This document shows, one piece after another, positions 49,746 through 60,727 of a stretch of DNA of 64,000 nucleotides. Origin of the DNA: Macrostomum lignano (taxonomy: Eukaryota). Below the pieces are notes generated by a model. That model had not been told where the DNA came from, did no database searches, and saw only the letters and a list, made by a program, of their open reading frames with translations. Both the position numbers and the translations under genes were made by a program. The DNA lies in assembly GCA_002269645.1 (NCBI GenBank), contig NIVC01001174.1, positions 1-64,000 on the forward strand, in the 5' to 3' direction. Within the stretch, counting starts at the first letter, position 1; every line of letters starts with the position of its first letter.

Positions 49746-50948
49746 GAAAAATCTGGTTGCCTTCTTTAGTTGGTTTTATCGATTCCTCGCCTTCTGTCTG
49801 CGCTCTCTTTTCGAAGACAAAAAGCTTGCCAGAAAGTGTTGAGGAATTTTTAGATGGGGAAAGATGTTTTTTGCTAATTTTTCATGCAGGTTGTAGTTTC
49901 GGATCAAACAAATTTTGATACCACTCAAGAAAAAACTTCATACCACAGTCTTGCCCTATTAGCGCCTGCGGCCCCCAGTCTGTCCAGGAGGACCCGTCGA
50001 TACGTGGACTGCATCCGGAGCGACGCTCAGGACACCAACACTCACTGACACCGTCAGTGGGACAGCCGGACTTTGTTCGCTCGTTGGCGCTTCGGTGTGC
50101 CATCTGACGCCCCCTCCACTGATTTACTCGTACTGGGCGGACTGCGTAGTTTTGCTGTTGTGGCCGAAAGCACAATTACGTCAACGAACTAGCTGGGTAC
50201 AGTTAAGCAAAGTGCAGCAACACTTGAACAAAAAAGAAGAATGAAACAACACCAACAGGCACTCATACGTCGCTCAAATTCGAGCTAACGCAAAGTCTTA
50301 GCAAACGAATAAGAACTCATTTCTACCTCTGCAAAGTGCCCCCTCAGTCTATCCCAGCGCGGCATTGTGTAGGAGAGACTGATTAAGTTTGCCAGATTTT
50401 TATCTCGTAGCAAAAACAGAAAAAATAACAAGAAATAACAGAACTGTACGGTCATACGTACGCGCACTTTTCCCTACCCCTTGGACTCGCATGCTTAGCT
50501 ATTTTATTTTTTTAGATTATTTTACAGCTTCATTTCTTAACAGGATCGCCCCTATCTACACAATAGTGCTGAGACGGCGTTTAAGCAAAATTACACTGCA
50601 GCAAAATGAGTCGGAGGGGTGCCAGAAAAAAAATTGGTTAAGATTTTGTTAAGATCATGCAGAGAATCAGACACTCAACGTCAGTTCTTTCATAGAAGTA
50701 CTCCGTCTCTACCCTTCTGTCTCTATCTAGTCTAGCTAAGTGTGTATACCTTTGATTCACTGGTACTCAACGTGAAGTAGCCAATAGTATGCCTGCACAG
50801 AAATAAATGGGGTGATATATCTTTGTCTTGTCAGGTAAGAACATACTTGTAGGTTCTTAGTTTAGCTACTAGTTTAAACTAATATGTATCTATTCGATGT
50901 AAAATATCACTAAAGCGATTGGAATGAGTCTGGAATACAACTTACCCA

Positions 50949-53900
50949 ATGAAGTAAGTACGCTTATAATGAGAAATGTCTAAAATGTTTAATTTTGCTT
51001 ACTATCTTCCATCCATTTAACAAAACATCTGTTGACGTTTCCACCCTCAAAAAGGGCCCAAACGTCGATCCCGACTCCACTGCCGATACCCTGTGCAGAC
51101 TTGCTCAAAAAGGTGATCACACGCAACTTTTGCGTCGGATTACTTTCGACAACTGCGGAGCACAGAGACTGAGCGATGGCCTGACACCTCTGATTTGCGC
51201 TGCAAATGCGACCAGAAGGCCAACTGAAAGCCACAGCATCTGCGCCGAGCTTATCTTGCAGAAAGCGGAAAATCCAGAAGCCAGAAATAATCTGGCCAAT
51301 GCGAGGGACCTCTCGGGCCAGTCCTGTCTACACCACGCTGCAGCGTCAGACAATGTGCAAGTTCTGGAGGCGGCACTGCGAGCAGGGGCGCAAGTGAATG
51401 CACTGGACAAGTCTGGCCACTCTGCTCTCTACATGGCCGTCCAGCGAGTAAACAGAAACGCTGCAAACCTGCTGCTAAAAGCGGGCGCTGATCAAAGCCA
51501 CGGCGGCGGAGAAGGTCAGAGTCCCGCGGAGCTGCTGGCCAATCAGGAAGCGGAAGTTCAGAAACTGCGAGAAGCCTTCAAAGGTCCCGAGAGCATTCAC
51601 AAATTCTTCAATCGAGAAGAAAGGAGTGCAGAGCTATTGATCCCGTTACTGCAGTCAGTGATGGAGCGTCAGTCAACTGACGTATCATCGGAGCGTCTAC
51701 TGAAACTTGTAGTAGACAAGATCAACGAGACAAAGTACATCCTTAAACGGTAATTAATTGCTTAGGTAATACTCGTATCTTTCTTAATTGATTAAAAGCC
51801 TGGCGTCTCAGAGAGATAGTAGCATACGCTCGTATAAATGGATTACTCTATCCGACCTTTCCGTGTTTTAGGCTGGAGAGTAGGTTTCAGGGACTTGCAT
51901 GGTGGACTGCGAGAGCCGGATAGCCAGAGATCACTGGCCCAGATCGATGAGGGAAAGGCTCTATAGGCTGCTAAGATGCTGCCAAGATGCATTTGCTGAT
52001 CTTCGGGCCGCTGTAGGGGACTAAATGGAGGCTGCCACTCACGGAAAATCACGGGGCGTCATTTTCCTCTCTATCGAGGCAGGGAGCCCCGCCCTGATGA
52101 TTGGGAGTGCTGAGCTGGCTGGAGAGTTGCCTATAGCCGAAGATGGGACTCTGCTTGAACGTTCATCGGGAGTCTGACACTCCAAATAGAGGACTTTTCA
52201 GCAGGGGATACTTTGTGACTGTTTCTGACAAAAATTCCAGTAAAATACATGTACCAGTCTGCTAAAATACTACTTCGTAAGAGTAGCGTGAGGATGTGTG
52301 AACTCTATATGGCTCCAGTTGCTCAGTGTGAGAAGAGTCCTACATCAGGGGATTGCGATACTTTTAGCTAACAGATCTACATGTATATTTGCTACTATAG
52401 AGTACTCTCAGGCGCCTTTTCAAGCCTACCCCAACCTCCTCATGCCTCACTGCACTAGGGAGAGGCTTATCAATTAAGTCATTCTCTGAATTGAGGGAAT
52501 TCAAATGAAGGATTTAACAATTCAGGCAAAAAAGCGGAATGCAAAAGATTTCGTGCTAATAAAGTGGGTGTTAGAAAATCAAGAAATAGAAGGAGTCCGA
52601 GCAAGGGTGATCACGCAGATAGGGTGTGATTATAACAGTTTTTTATTCCTGCTATCTGCTCACAAGCCAGAAATAATTTTATAACACACCGGCCTCTAAG
52701 GGCCCAAATATGAGTGTGATGTATGAGTCTCCGAATCTCTGTGCCGCAAAATTACTCAAGGCAAGCAATCTGGTTTAGTTGGCAAAATGAAGAGCTATGC
52801 ATAGGTTGAGCGGGCCAGGGTTATCACTCGAGCAGCTTTCTCTGTCCCGTTGTTAGGCAATCATATCACCCCCCCCCGAAGCATTGCTGCGAGTCTACTG
52901 TGTCACGCGTTCGCAGGCTGCTGACTTGGCTTTCGAACCTCAGCTTTGTTATCTGTCCTTTAGTATAGCGCTGATCTGGCTGGATAGCATCGGTCGAGGC
53001 GAGAGGAGGCCGTTGTTTTTTCGCTTCGATGTAAGCACAATTCCAGTGCTTACAGTAATAACCTACCATCAGGCTCCTGCGTGTGCAGTTGAGTGAAAGA
53101 TAGAATTTGGGAAACCACTTACGTGAATGAGAACTAACAGTAGTCACAAGAGAGAATGGAAATTGGCAGGGAAAAGGGCGAGCAATTGGGAGATGGGTGA
53201 GCAGTTAGGGGTGCGCGGGGGAAAAGAGTGAGCATTTTTATGGGTAGAAATGGTAGGAATAATAAGAGAGAGAAAAGGGTGAGAGAAGTAATTAATATGA
53301 GTGAGAAGGGACCGCATTGTGCAATTTTTATGTGGAGAAAGGAAAAGGGGAAAGCGTTTAGAATGCGGGGAAAAACAAAGGAACTAAGAGGTAGTTAAAT
53401 TAAGACAGAGGCGCGAGACTACACGGACAGCCGCAGGTACAGTCACGGAGTGATGGCGAGTGCTATGGCGGAAGACAGCGGCGAGGTGGGGAGTTGAGCC
53501 CAACCCGAACGCGAAACCCCCCGTCACCGAAACCCAGACCGTGGTTATAACAATATCATTCATAGATCGAATAGAAACTACTGAGAGAGGGCGAGCACCT
53601 CTCAGTCTCGGTGAGCCCATGCCCCAGTCACCGGTGCTGGTGGCAGACTGGCGATGGTCTTGTATGTACATGTGCAAGCCAGAAATTAACTTCGAAATAT
53701 GAAAATTCCAAAATAGAATAATGCCATTTCCGACAGTCACAAATATCCCCAGTTTTTCCATATTGGTCATCCTACTCGTATTGCATCTGAAATTTTACAG
53801 GTGGCTTCCGAATCCGATTACGGCCGATTTCAAAGAGGTTTCGAAGAGGAGGCGAAAAAGCTTCGCAAGTGGAAATTACTGCAATATGTACACAACTGAA

Positions 53901-54933
53901 ATGGAGCCACCAGGTTTGCCAGTTGTTGTCCGAGTTCTCAAGAACGTCAAGAACACGGAGATATTTAAGCAGGAAAAGCGCGGCTTGGAGGCGCTGAAGA
54001 AGACAAAACATCGCAACATCGTCCAGTTTCTGTCGGCCAATGTCAGCGAGAGAGAATTCGAAATCTTTCTCGAGAAGATTGAAGGAAAAACAATGAAGCA
54101 ACACCTTGAAGTCAGTGGACCTCTCCCAGAGTCAACGATACGTCGTTACTTCCGTCAGGTAAAAAACAGCTTTACTGTTGAATTCCGCCTGTACAGCAAT
54201 TCGACGTCGCTGGCAAAAAAGAAAATAGGTACTTCTACATTACAGCGAAGTTTGGTCGACGCATAACGTCGTAACCTGTCACCGTAATGTGCTCATAAAA
54301 TGACCCATTTTGCCAGCAACGTCCATCGACGCCAAGTACTCCTAGGTCGGCGGACGTCGGAATGTTGCGCAGGCCATACTAAAAGAATCTCATTTACGCA
54401 CACTTTCTGTTTCTCCTCCTCTTTAGATAGCCAGCGCTCTCTGCTACCTGCACAACCACCCGTTTGGACCAATCATACATAAAGACATTCGATGTGAAAA
54501 CTTTATGCTAACTTACGGCGGATTCGTGAAGCTGATTGACTTTGGATTTGCTCTGTTAAGTGGAAGTATGTGGCCCGAGGAACCACTGTCTGGGGACCCT
54601 GGTCACATGGCACCAGAGCTTTCTGGCAACCGGACCTACACACCATCGTCAGACATTTGGGCAACTGGCTGTGTGCTCTACGACATGTCAATGGGCACAG
54701 ATCCGTCCGTGAAATCAGCACCTGATGACGCCGATCTTGATGCTATTCAACTTAATCTTCGCTCTTTTCGTTTTCTTCGCAAGCTGCCAGTGCCACAAAT
54801 TCAACCAGCCGAAAAATTTTCCCAAGAGCTGCTTAATCTGCACCAACAGTGCATGGAGACTGAACCGGCTAGAAGGATCAATGCTATCGGAATTTTACTG
54901 CACCCATTCTTGACAAATGTGGATAGCCAGTAA
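50949..54933 (+). CDS. Ankyrin-repeat + STE11/MAP3K-like (pseudo)kinase, copy A
   Basis: Ankyrin exon ends at 51749 (GLTPLICAA, GQSCLHHAA, GHSALYMAV; donor GTAATT, phase 2); kinase exons 53801-54158 and 54427-54933 (HKDIRCEN, DFG, HMAPE, DIWATGCVLYDM). The start is inferred as ATGAA|GTAAGT at 50949 spliced to 51099; this is uncertain. Confidence 0.85.
52866..53400 (-). mobile_element. Probable degenerate Penelope-like element (GIY-YIG-like remnant) in intron 1 of kinase copy A
   Basis: LNCTRRSLMVGYYCKHWNCAYIEAKKQRPPL resembles the Penelope GIY-YIG pattern C.S.NVVY.I.C..C...YIG.T.R.L. This intron is about 2 kb versus 132 bp in copy B, implying an insertion. Confidence 0.45.
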
Positions 54934-55485
54934 GTTTCTCGGTACCCTGAGCAAACTAATTCGTGTATTTTTTCATGAATTAATCGTGAATGCATAAATA
55001 TTTAGCAGAAATATGATTAACACTATACCAATTTTAGTTGCTTTTATTCAGGTTTGACAAAACAAAGCTACGTGTAAATAGTACATTGTTGCTACAATTG
55101 TCAACGTTTTCTGTAATTTTTTCATGATTGCATACAGTAGAGAACAAACAAATGACTTTTATCGGTCAATGACCATCTCGCCCAAAGTACGGTAAAAAAC
55201 TAGATGGTTTGTTCTGCTGGTGTAGAGCCACCTTTGAAATAATCTAAGTTTAGCTCCCATAAGAAAAATGTACATCGTGCAGTATGAAATTTTACAATAA
55301 TGCACCTTCACGGGATCTGGAACTGCAGATGTTAAAAGCCTACATTTGCGTACTCTGTACATGCAATGATTGTAATGACAGTTTAGGAAATGAGATTAAA
55401 CGGAAATAAAAGAGAAAAAAGCAGAAGGAATCTGTAGGCATTTATATCCACATTCTGCTCGAAATTTGTTGTCTACCAGAAATAC

Positions 55486-58017
55486 GATCGACCTCTCGGA
55501 TCCGTCCTGTCTCCACCACGCTGCAGCGTCAGACAATGTGCAAGTTCTGGAGGCGGCACTGCGAGCAGGGGCGCAAGTGAATGCACTGGACAGGTCAGGC
55601 CACACTGCTCTCTACATGGCCGTTCAGCGAGGAAACAGAAACGCTGCAAACCTGCTGCTAAAAGCGGGTGCCGATCAAAGCCTAAATCAGCGATTTTTTG
55701 GCAGAGAAGGTCCGAGTCCCGCGGAGCTGCTGGCCAATCAGGAAGCGGAAGTTCAAAAGCTGCGAGGAGCTTTCAAAGGTCCCGAGAGCATTCATGAATT
55801 CGTCAATCGAGAAGAAAGGCGTGCAGGACTATTGACTCCGTTGCTGCAGTCAGTGGCGGAGCGTCAGTCAACTGACGTATCATCGGAGCGTCTACTGGAA
55901 CTGGTAGAGGACAAGGTCGATGAAGTTAAATTACTATTTGAAAGGTAAAATTGTTTCATTTTTGCAAAATTTACTACAAACGTGTTATTTTAAGTTATTA
56001 AGTCGGAAAAAGAAACATTGAAACTTATTTATTTTGAGGTAGAGGGTCACATAAACACCCTAACAAATTCTTTTAGGTGGCTTCCAAATCCGATTACGAC
56101 CAGTTTCGAAGAGGTTTCGAAGACAAAACGAAAAAGCTTAGCAAAAGGAAATTTCTGCGATTTTTACGAAACTGAAACGAAGCCACCAAATTTGCCCATT
56201 GTCGTCCGCGTTCTCAGAGACTTCAACAACAAAAGAATATTCGAGCTAGAAAAACGCGGCTTGGAGGCGCTGAAGAAGACAAAACATGTTAACATCATTC
56301 AGCTTCTGAAGGTCCACGACAGTAGGAACGAAATTGAAATGTTTCTCGAGAAGATCGAAGGGCAGACATTGCAGCAACGCCTCGAGAAAACTGGACCATT
56401 TTCGGAGATAAATATCCGAAGATATTTTCGCCAGGTACGAGACAATCAAAATGTATAGTCGGATATACGAATATTAGGGTACACTACTAGTAGTAGGATA
56501 GCAGATTAGGCAGCTGGGCCTGTCATACATGTATCGACTTGCGGGACTCTGGAGCATCGCTGATTATAGTAAGAGGTATTATAATATGCTACGCTCTACG
56601 ATTTAGCAAATCGTCTGATCCGCGTTCAAGGCTGTTACACGCTTACATGGAACAAAATACGAGTACTTCAACTTTCATGTTCAAAGTATAAAAATTATTG
56701 GAAACAAAATCATAACGGCTAAGAAATAACTCTTGATTTAAGTTGAAGGATTAAGTTTGATTTAAATTACAGAAGCCCTAAACCGTTACGAAAAGGCCAT
56801 TTTTTGCTGACAATGTTTCAGCGAGACGGGACGTTTTAGTTGTTTAGCACTCAATTCCCAGCAATTCAATTCACCTTCTGGAATTCCGAATTGTAAATGA
56901 GTAAGTGTGTGTTTTGTCCGAGGTTTCACGCACAAGTTTATTGTATTATGACCTTTTTGCCCGGTCATTGTTTAATTAAATGCTACCGGAGATCGGCGAG
57001 CAAGCAAACTTCAGACAGATTTTCTTGCGCTAAATTTCATGTAGGAATTTTCTTTCATTTCTTTCGTCCATGCTAAATTTCGTCTATGGCCTAAACCAAT
57101 TTGGCGCTAAAAGAAGCAAATTTTGGCAAAATTTGTTTGGGGAAACCCAGCAGTGTATTTTGAGCAGCTCTCCAACAATACAGGTACCTATGAATGCACC
57201 TCGGAAGAAACATACACTTGCTCCATTTGAGATTCGGAAGTCCAGAAAGTACAAAAGTGCAAGTATTCCCGTCCTTCTCTTTTGGTGGTTGTCAATGCTT
57301 TCAGATTCTTATTAAGATCAACTTTTTTATTATCGGGCGCTCCTTTTAGAATATTAAATTTAATAACTTTCGTACCATGGGTTATCTAAACCTATCCAGA
57401 TTCTTCATGTTGACTTCAAGAGTCCAAATGAGAATTTTGTACACCGTAAAATTTTGGAGTTTGAGAAATGTGAAATAAAATTGACATTTTCACCCATATT
57501 GTAGATAGCCAGCGCTCTCTGCTACCTACACAACCATCCGCATGGACCAATCATGCATAGGGATATTCGCTGCGAAAACATTATAATTATTCACAATGGC
57601 TTCGTGAAGCTGATCAACTTCGGATTTGCAATGCCAAGCGGAAGTATTTCCATGTCGAGCGATGAACTGGCTGAGTTCTTAGGCTACATGGCGCCAGAGG
57701 TGATTTTAGAGGATAAAAAGTACGGTCGATCGTCCGACGTTTGGGCCGCCGGCTGTGTGCTCTACGCCATGTCAATGGGCAGAAGTCCGTACTCGTACTC
57801 AGAACCTGATGGTGCCGGTTCTAATACTTCTCAAGAAAGACTTGCCAACCTAATCGACAGGCTGTATGGGCCAGTGCCGGAAATTCAACCAGCCGAAAAT
57901 TTTTCACCTGAGCTTCTTGACTTATGCCGACAGTGCATGGAGAAAAACACGGCTAGACGGATCAACGCTACTGGAATGTTGCTGCACCCATTCTTGAGCA
58001 ATGGGGAGAGCCAGTAA
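55486..58017 (+). CDS. Ankyrin-repeat + STE11/MAP3K-like pseudokinase, copy B (shorter ankyrin region)
   Basis: Exons about 55486-55944, 56077-56434, 57505-58017, with the same intron phases as copy A; HRDIRCEN, NFG instead of DFG, YMAPE, DVWAAGCVLYAM. The start exon is not established. Confidence 0.85.
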
Positions 58018-58373
58018 GTGCTTTTGTAGCCAAGTGGCAGGTAATATATATATAAATACACTTTTTTGATAACTGAACTATAAAGAATCGAGATCATTGA
58101 CCCTGACACAGAAACAATGCACGAACCTCATCATTGTCAACCTAGTCTTGATAAAAAACTTAGGGGTAGCAAAACTCGATTCATAGTCTGAATCCTCAAT
58201 TTTTATGTTTGAATTCGACAGATAACACATAGCTTACTGTACTTTAGTGTGACTTTATTGAAGTCTGCTAGAATTATTAGTAAATTATTGCTTTGCATGT
58301 TTAGAATTCAGTTCTAATTGTGAATCACAACTTTTGAAAGCTTTATGGTGCCATAAAGCTTAATTCACAGCTT

Positions 58374-58624
58374 GGGGGTTGTAGCCGAATGGTTAGAGTG
58401 TCGGACTCACGATTGAAAAGTCGGGGGTTCGATTCTCGACCCAATTGGGACAATTTGTGTCCTTGAGCAAGACACTTAAGTCTACATTGCTTCAGTTCAC
58501 CTGCAGCTGTAGAATGGGTGCCAGCATTAGCTGGGGTGATTGAGGGTGTGTGTAGCGACCCCCCAGTCCTTGGACTGAACAGTCGTACGCAATAACTGCG
58601 GCTGAGCTGTCGGTTGCACATCTG
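58374..58624 (+). mobile_element. tRNA-derived SINE immediately upstream of the ApoL-like ORF
   Basis: A-box-like TAGCCGAATGG, B-box-like GGTTCGATTC, then a GTGTCCTTGAGCAAGACACTTAA core; homologous to 45397-45597. Confidence 0.8.
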
Positions 58625-58659
58625 CTGTACGTCTCATCTCAATTTCAGTTGTTTTAAAT

Positions 58660-59775
58660 ATGAGTTCATCAATTTATTTCAGAATTTTGCTTCGGACAGA
58701 AATTCACTCGTGGATTGAAGATGTGCCATCGGTGATCGAGGCCCTATCCGTGTTGGTAAATTCCATAAACAAGAGTGACAAAGATAAGAAGACTGCAAAG
58801 GTATCTGGCACATCCGTGGCCGTCGGCGGTGGAGTCGTGGCGATCGTTGGATTTGCACTGCTAATCCCAAGCCTTGGAGCGGCGCTTCCAGTGGCACTCG
58901 CTGGAACTGGAGCGGCCATTGCTGGGAGCACCACCGCTGCCGGAGCTGAAATCATTGGTGGCGCTGTTCAGACTAATGGGGTTTGCAAGGCGCAGTCTCT
59001 CATTGTCGAGTTTAGAAATACAACGGAGCGACTGCTAAGAGATCAGCTTGAGTCGATCTGCTCCAGCGTGCAGATCCAGCTGATGAACCGTCAGTCCGTG
59101 ATTGACCTCGAACGAGCAAGGATCAAAATCTTGCAGCTGAAAGCAGACGTCGATGAAATGATTTACCAGCTTCAAAGCTTAGGCATTTTAGAAGCTTTGG
59201 AAGCTGAAACGAAAGAAACCAGTAGTTTTGAAAAGTTTATATCAAAGATCCGTGAATTGACGAAAGCTAAGAAGACAAGGAATCCGGTAGTTGAGCTATT
59301 GGCGAAAATCACTGAGCCCATCAATGTTCTGCTTGCGAACCTTGACGATGATATGGGTGCAATGCAGAGAGGAAGATCTATTGATGAAGAATCGTCAACA
59401 AGATTCAATCAAGAGCTCAAGAAATCGATCGGGTTTTTCTCCTCAATGCTTCGTATCCTTTTATTCGGCTCTTCTAAAGATGAATTTCACATGTACGTAG
59501 ATGAAATCAAGTTTGGTCTGAGAGCAGCTACCGGAGGTGCGCAGATAAGTCTTGAGGCGACTGGCATTGCCGCAAGCTTGGCTGGAAGAATACTGGGAGT
59601 TGTGGGCTCGGCAGTCTTCACTGCTGTTGACATTGGATTCCTGGTGAAGTACTCGACGGATCTGCACCGTGCCAGACAGGGTGAGGCCGCTGAAAAGGCC
59701 CAGCCAATTATCTGCTATAAGGAAATCTACGAGAAGCTGAGGGAAGAGGCTATGACTCAACTGGCTGAAAACTGA
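58660..59775 (+). CDS. Apolipoprotein L-like protein (single coding exon, 371 aa)
   Basis: N-half pattern like ApoL (L..L...I.K..K...TAKVSGTSVAVGGGVVAIVGFALLIPSLGAALPVALAGTGAAIAG, a hydrophobic hairpin). C-terminal GRILGVVGSAVFTAVDIGFLVKYSTDLHRARQGEAAE resembles ApoL LDV..LV.ES..L.EGAKSE.A. Central helical/coiled-coil segment. Confidence 0.8.
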   Translation: MSSSIYFRILLRTEIHSWIEDVPSVIEALSVLVNSINKSDKDKKTAKVSGTSVAVGGGVVAIVGFALLIPSLGAALPVALAGTGAAIAGSTTAAGAEIIGGAVQTNGVCKAQSLIVEFRNTTERLLRDQLESICSSVQIQLMNRQSVIDLERARIKILQLKADVDEMIYQLQSLGILEALEAETKETSSFEKFISKIRELTKAKKTRNPVVELLAKITEPINVLLANLDDDMGAMQRGRSIDEESSTRFNQELKKSIGFFSSMLRILLFGSSKDEFHMYVDEIKFGLRAATGGAQISLEATGIAASLAGRILGVVGSAVFTAVDIGFLVKYSTDLHRARQGEAAEKAQPIICYKEIYEKLREEAMTQLAEN

Positions 59776-60727
59776 ATACCGTACTCGACAACTATTCGTC
59801 TATTTTTAGAGACCACTATAGTGACAATGCCGAACAAAATTAATAAGTGGGATGGTGGTGCTTGCGTTTCTATAATAATTCTTAGTGGTCTACTGGTTTT
59901 GATTTGGTAGGATGCTGCCACCAGGTCCCTGATCTTCTCTGATCATAGTGATCTTACTGATTAAAGAATAAAGGCAGGAAACCAAAGATTTATTTCCTGG
60001 AAAGGTGTAAAACAAAAAATGAGCATGCAATAGGTATTACAATTTCTTGGTGCTGATTTAGTTAGACATCGACTACCTTTGTGTACTTGTTGTTGTTAAA
60101 CGAAGGGGAAAGAACTTGCTTCCCGCAGATCAGCCCTGGGGGGGGGGGGGCTCTGCCGCTGAGGGGCACTTCCAGGGGCCTAAGCCCGAGACACCCTCCT
60201 GATTGGGCCCCGGCATCAGGCCAGGGGGAATTTTGGGGCTACTAGCCCAAGCCTATGGTACAAGACACCGCCAACCCAAAAAGTGGAATCAGGGACGGTG
60301 CTAGGACCGAGTCCACCCAGGCTACCCCCCCCCCCAGCAGACGAGTCCTCGGGAGTGCGCGAAAATTGGAAATGAAAATGTTGGATATACTACTGGAAGC
60401 CGTCCAAGAGCGGGGAAACCCAGAAGTCTTGGAAAGGGCTTAACTATTGGAGCGAGTCTGGAAGGCTTTTATCCGAGGGCGAGTCTCCTATCAGGTAGGC
60501 AACCGCACAAATCCTCCTATAGGGCTGCAAGCCACAAGGGCATCACCTATCCAGCTCAGTATTGGAGGCCAGGCCAAGGGGGGGAGGGGCACAAGGGGCA
60601 AGAGGAAACCTGACTCAGCCGAGTGTGTGTTTATCCCAAGACACAGTTACCCCATGTCCACCATTATTAATTTTTGGTCTCATTGTTATCTCAATGTTAA
60701 CTCAAGAAACACGGGTAACAGTCTCGA

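Noticed and set aside
49975-50110. RTE-type LINE 3' end (RRTRRYVDCIRSDA)
   Set aside because: The match is too short, and no upstream RT or tail supports it.
50995-51098. TTG start of ORF 50995..51753 (also TTG/GTG starts at 55466, 44002, 23210, 4829)
   Set aside because: Eukaryotic context; these frames are entered by splicing or use a nearby ATG.
58374-58450. tRNA gene (also 45520-45597 and 3640-3712)
   Set aside because: A/B boxes are present, but there is no proper acceptor stem, and the first two continue into a shared non-tRNA body, so these are SINE heads.
60120-60240. HDV-like ribozyme at a possible LINE 5' remnant (also looked for in 24552-24950)
   Set aside because: A GGGGCC/GGCCCC pairing and a UCC loop exist, but P3, the L3 G and the catalytic J4/2 C do not fit the consensus.
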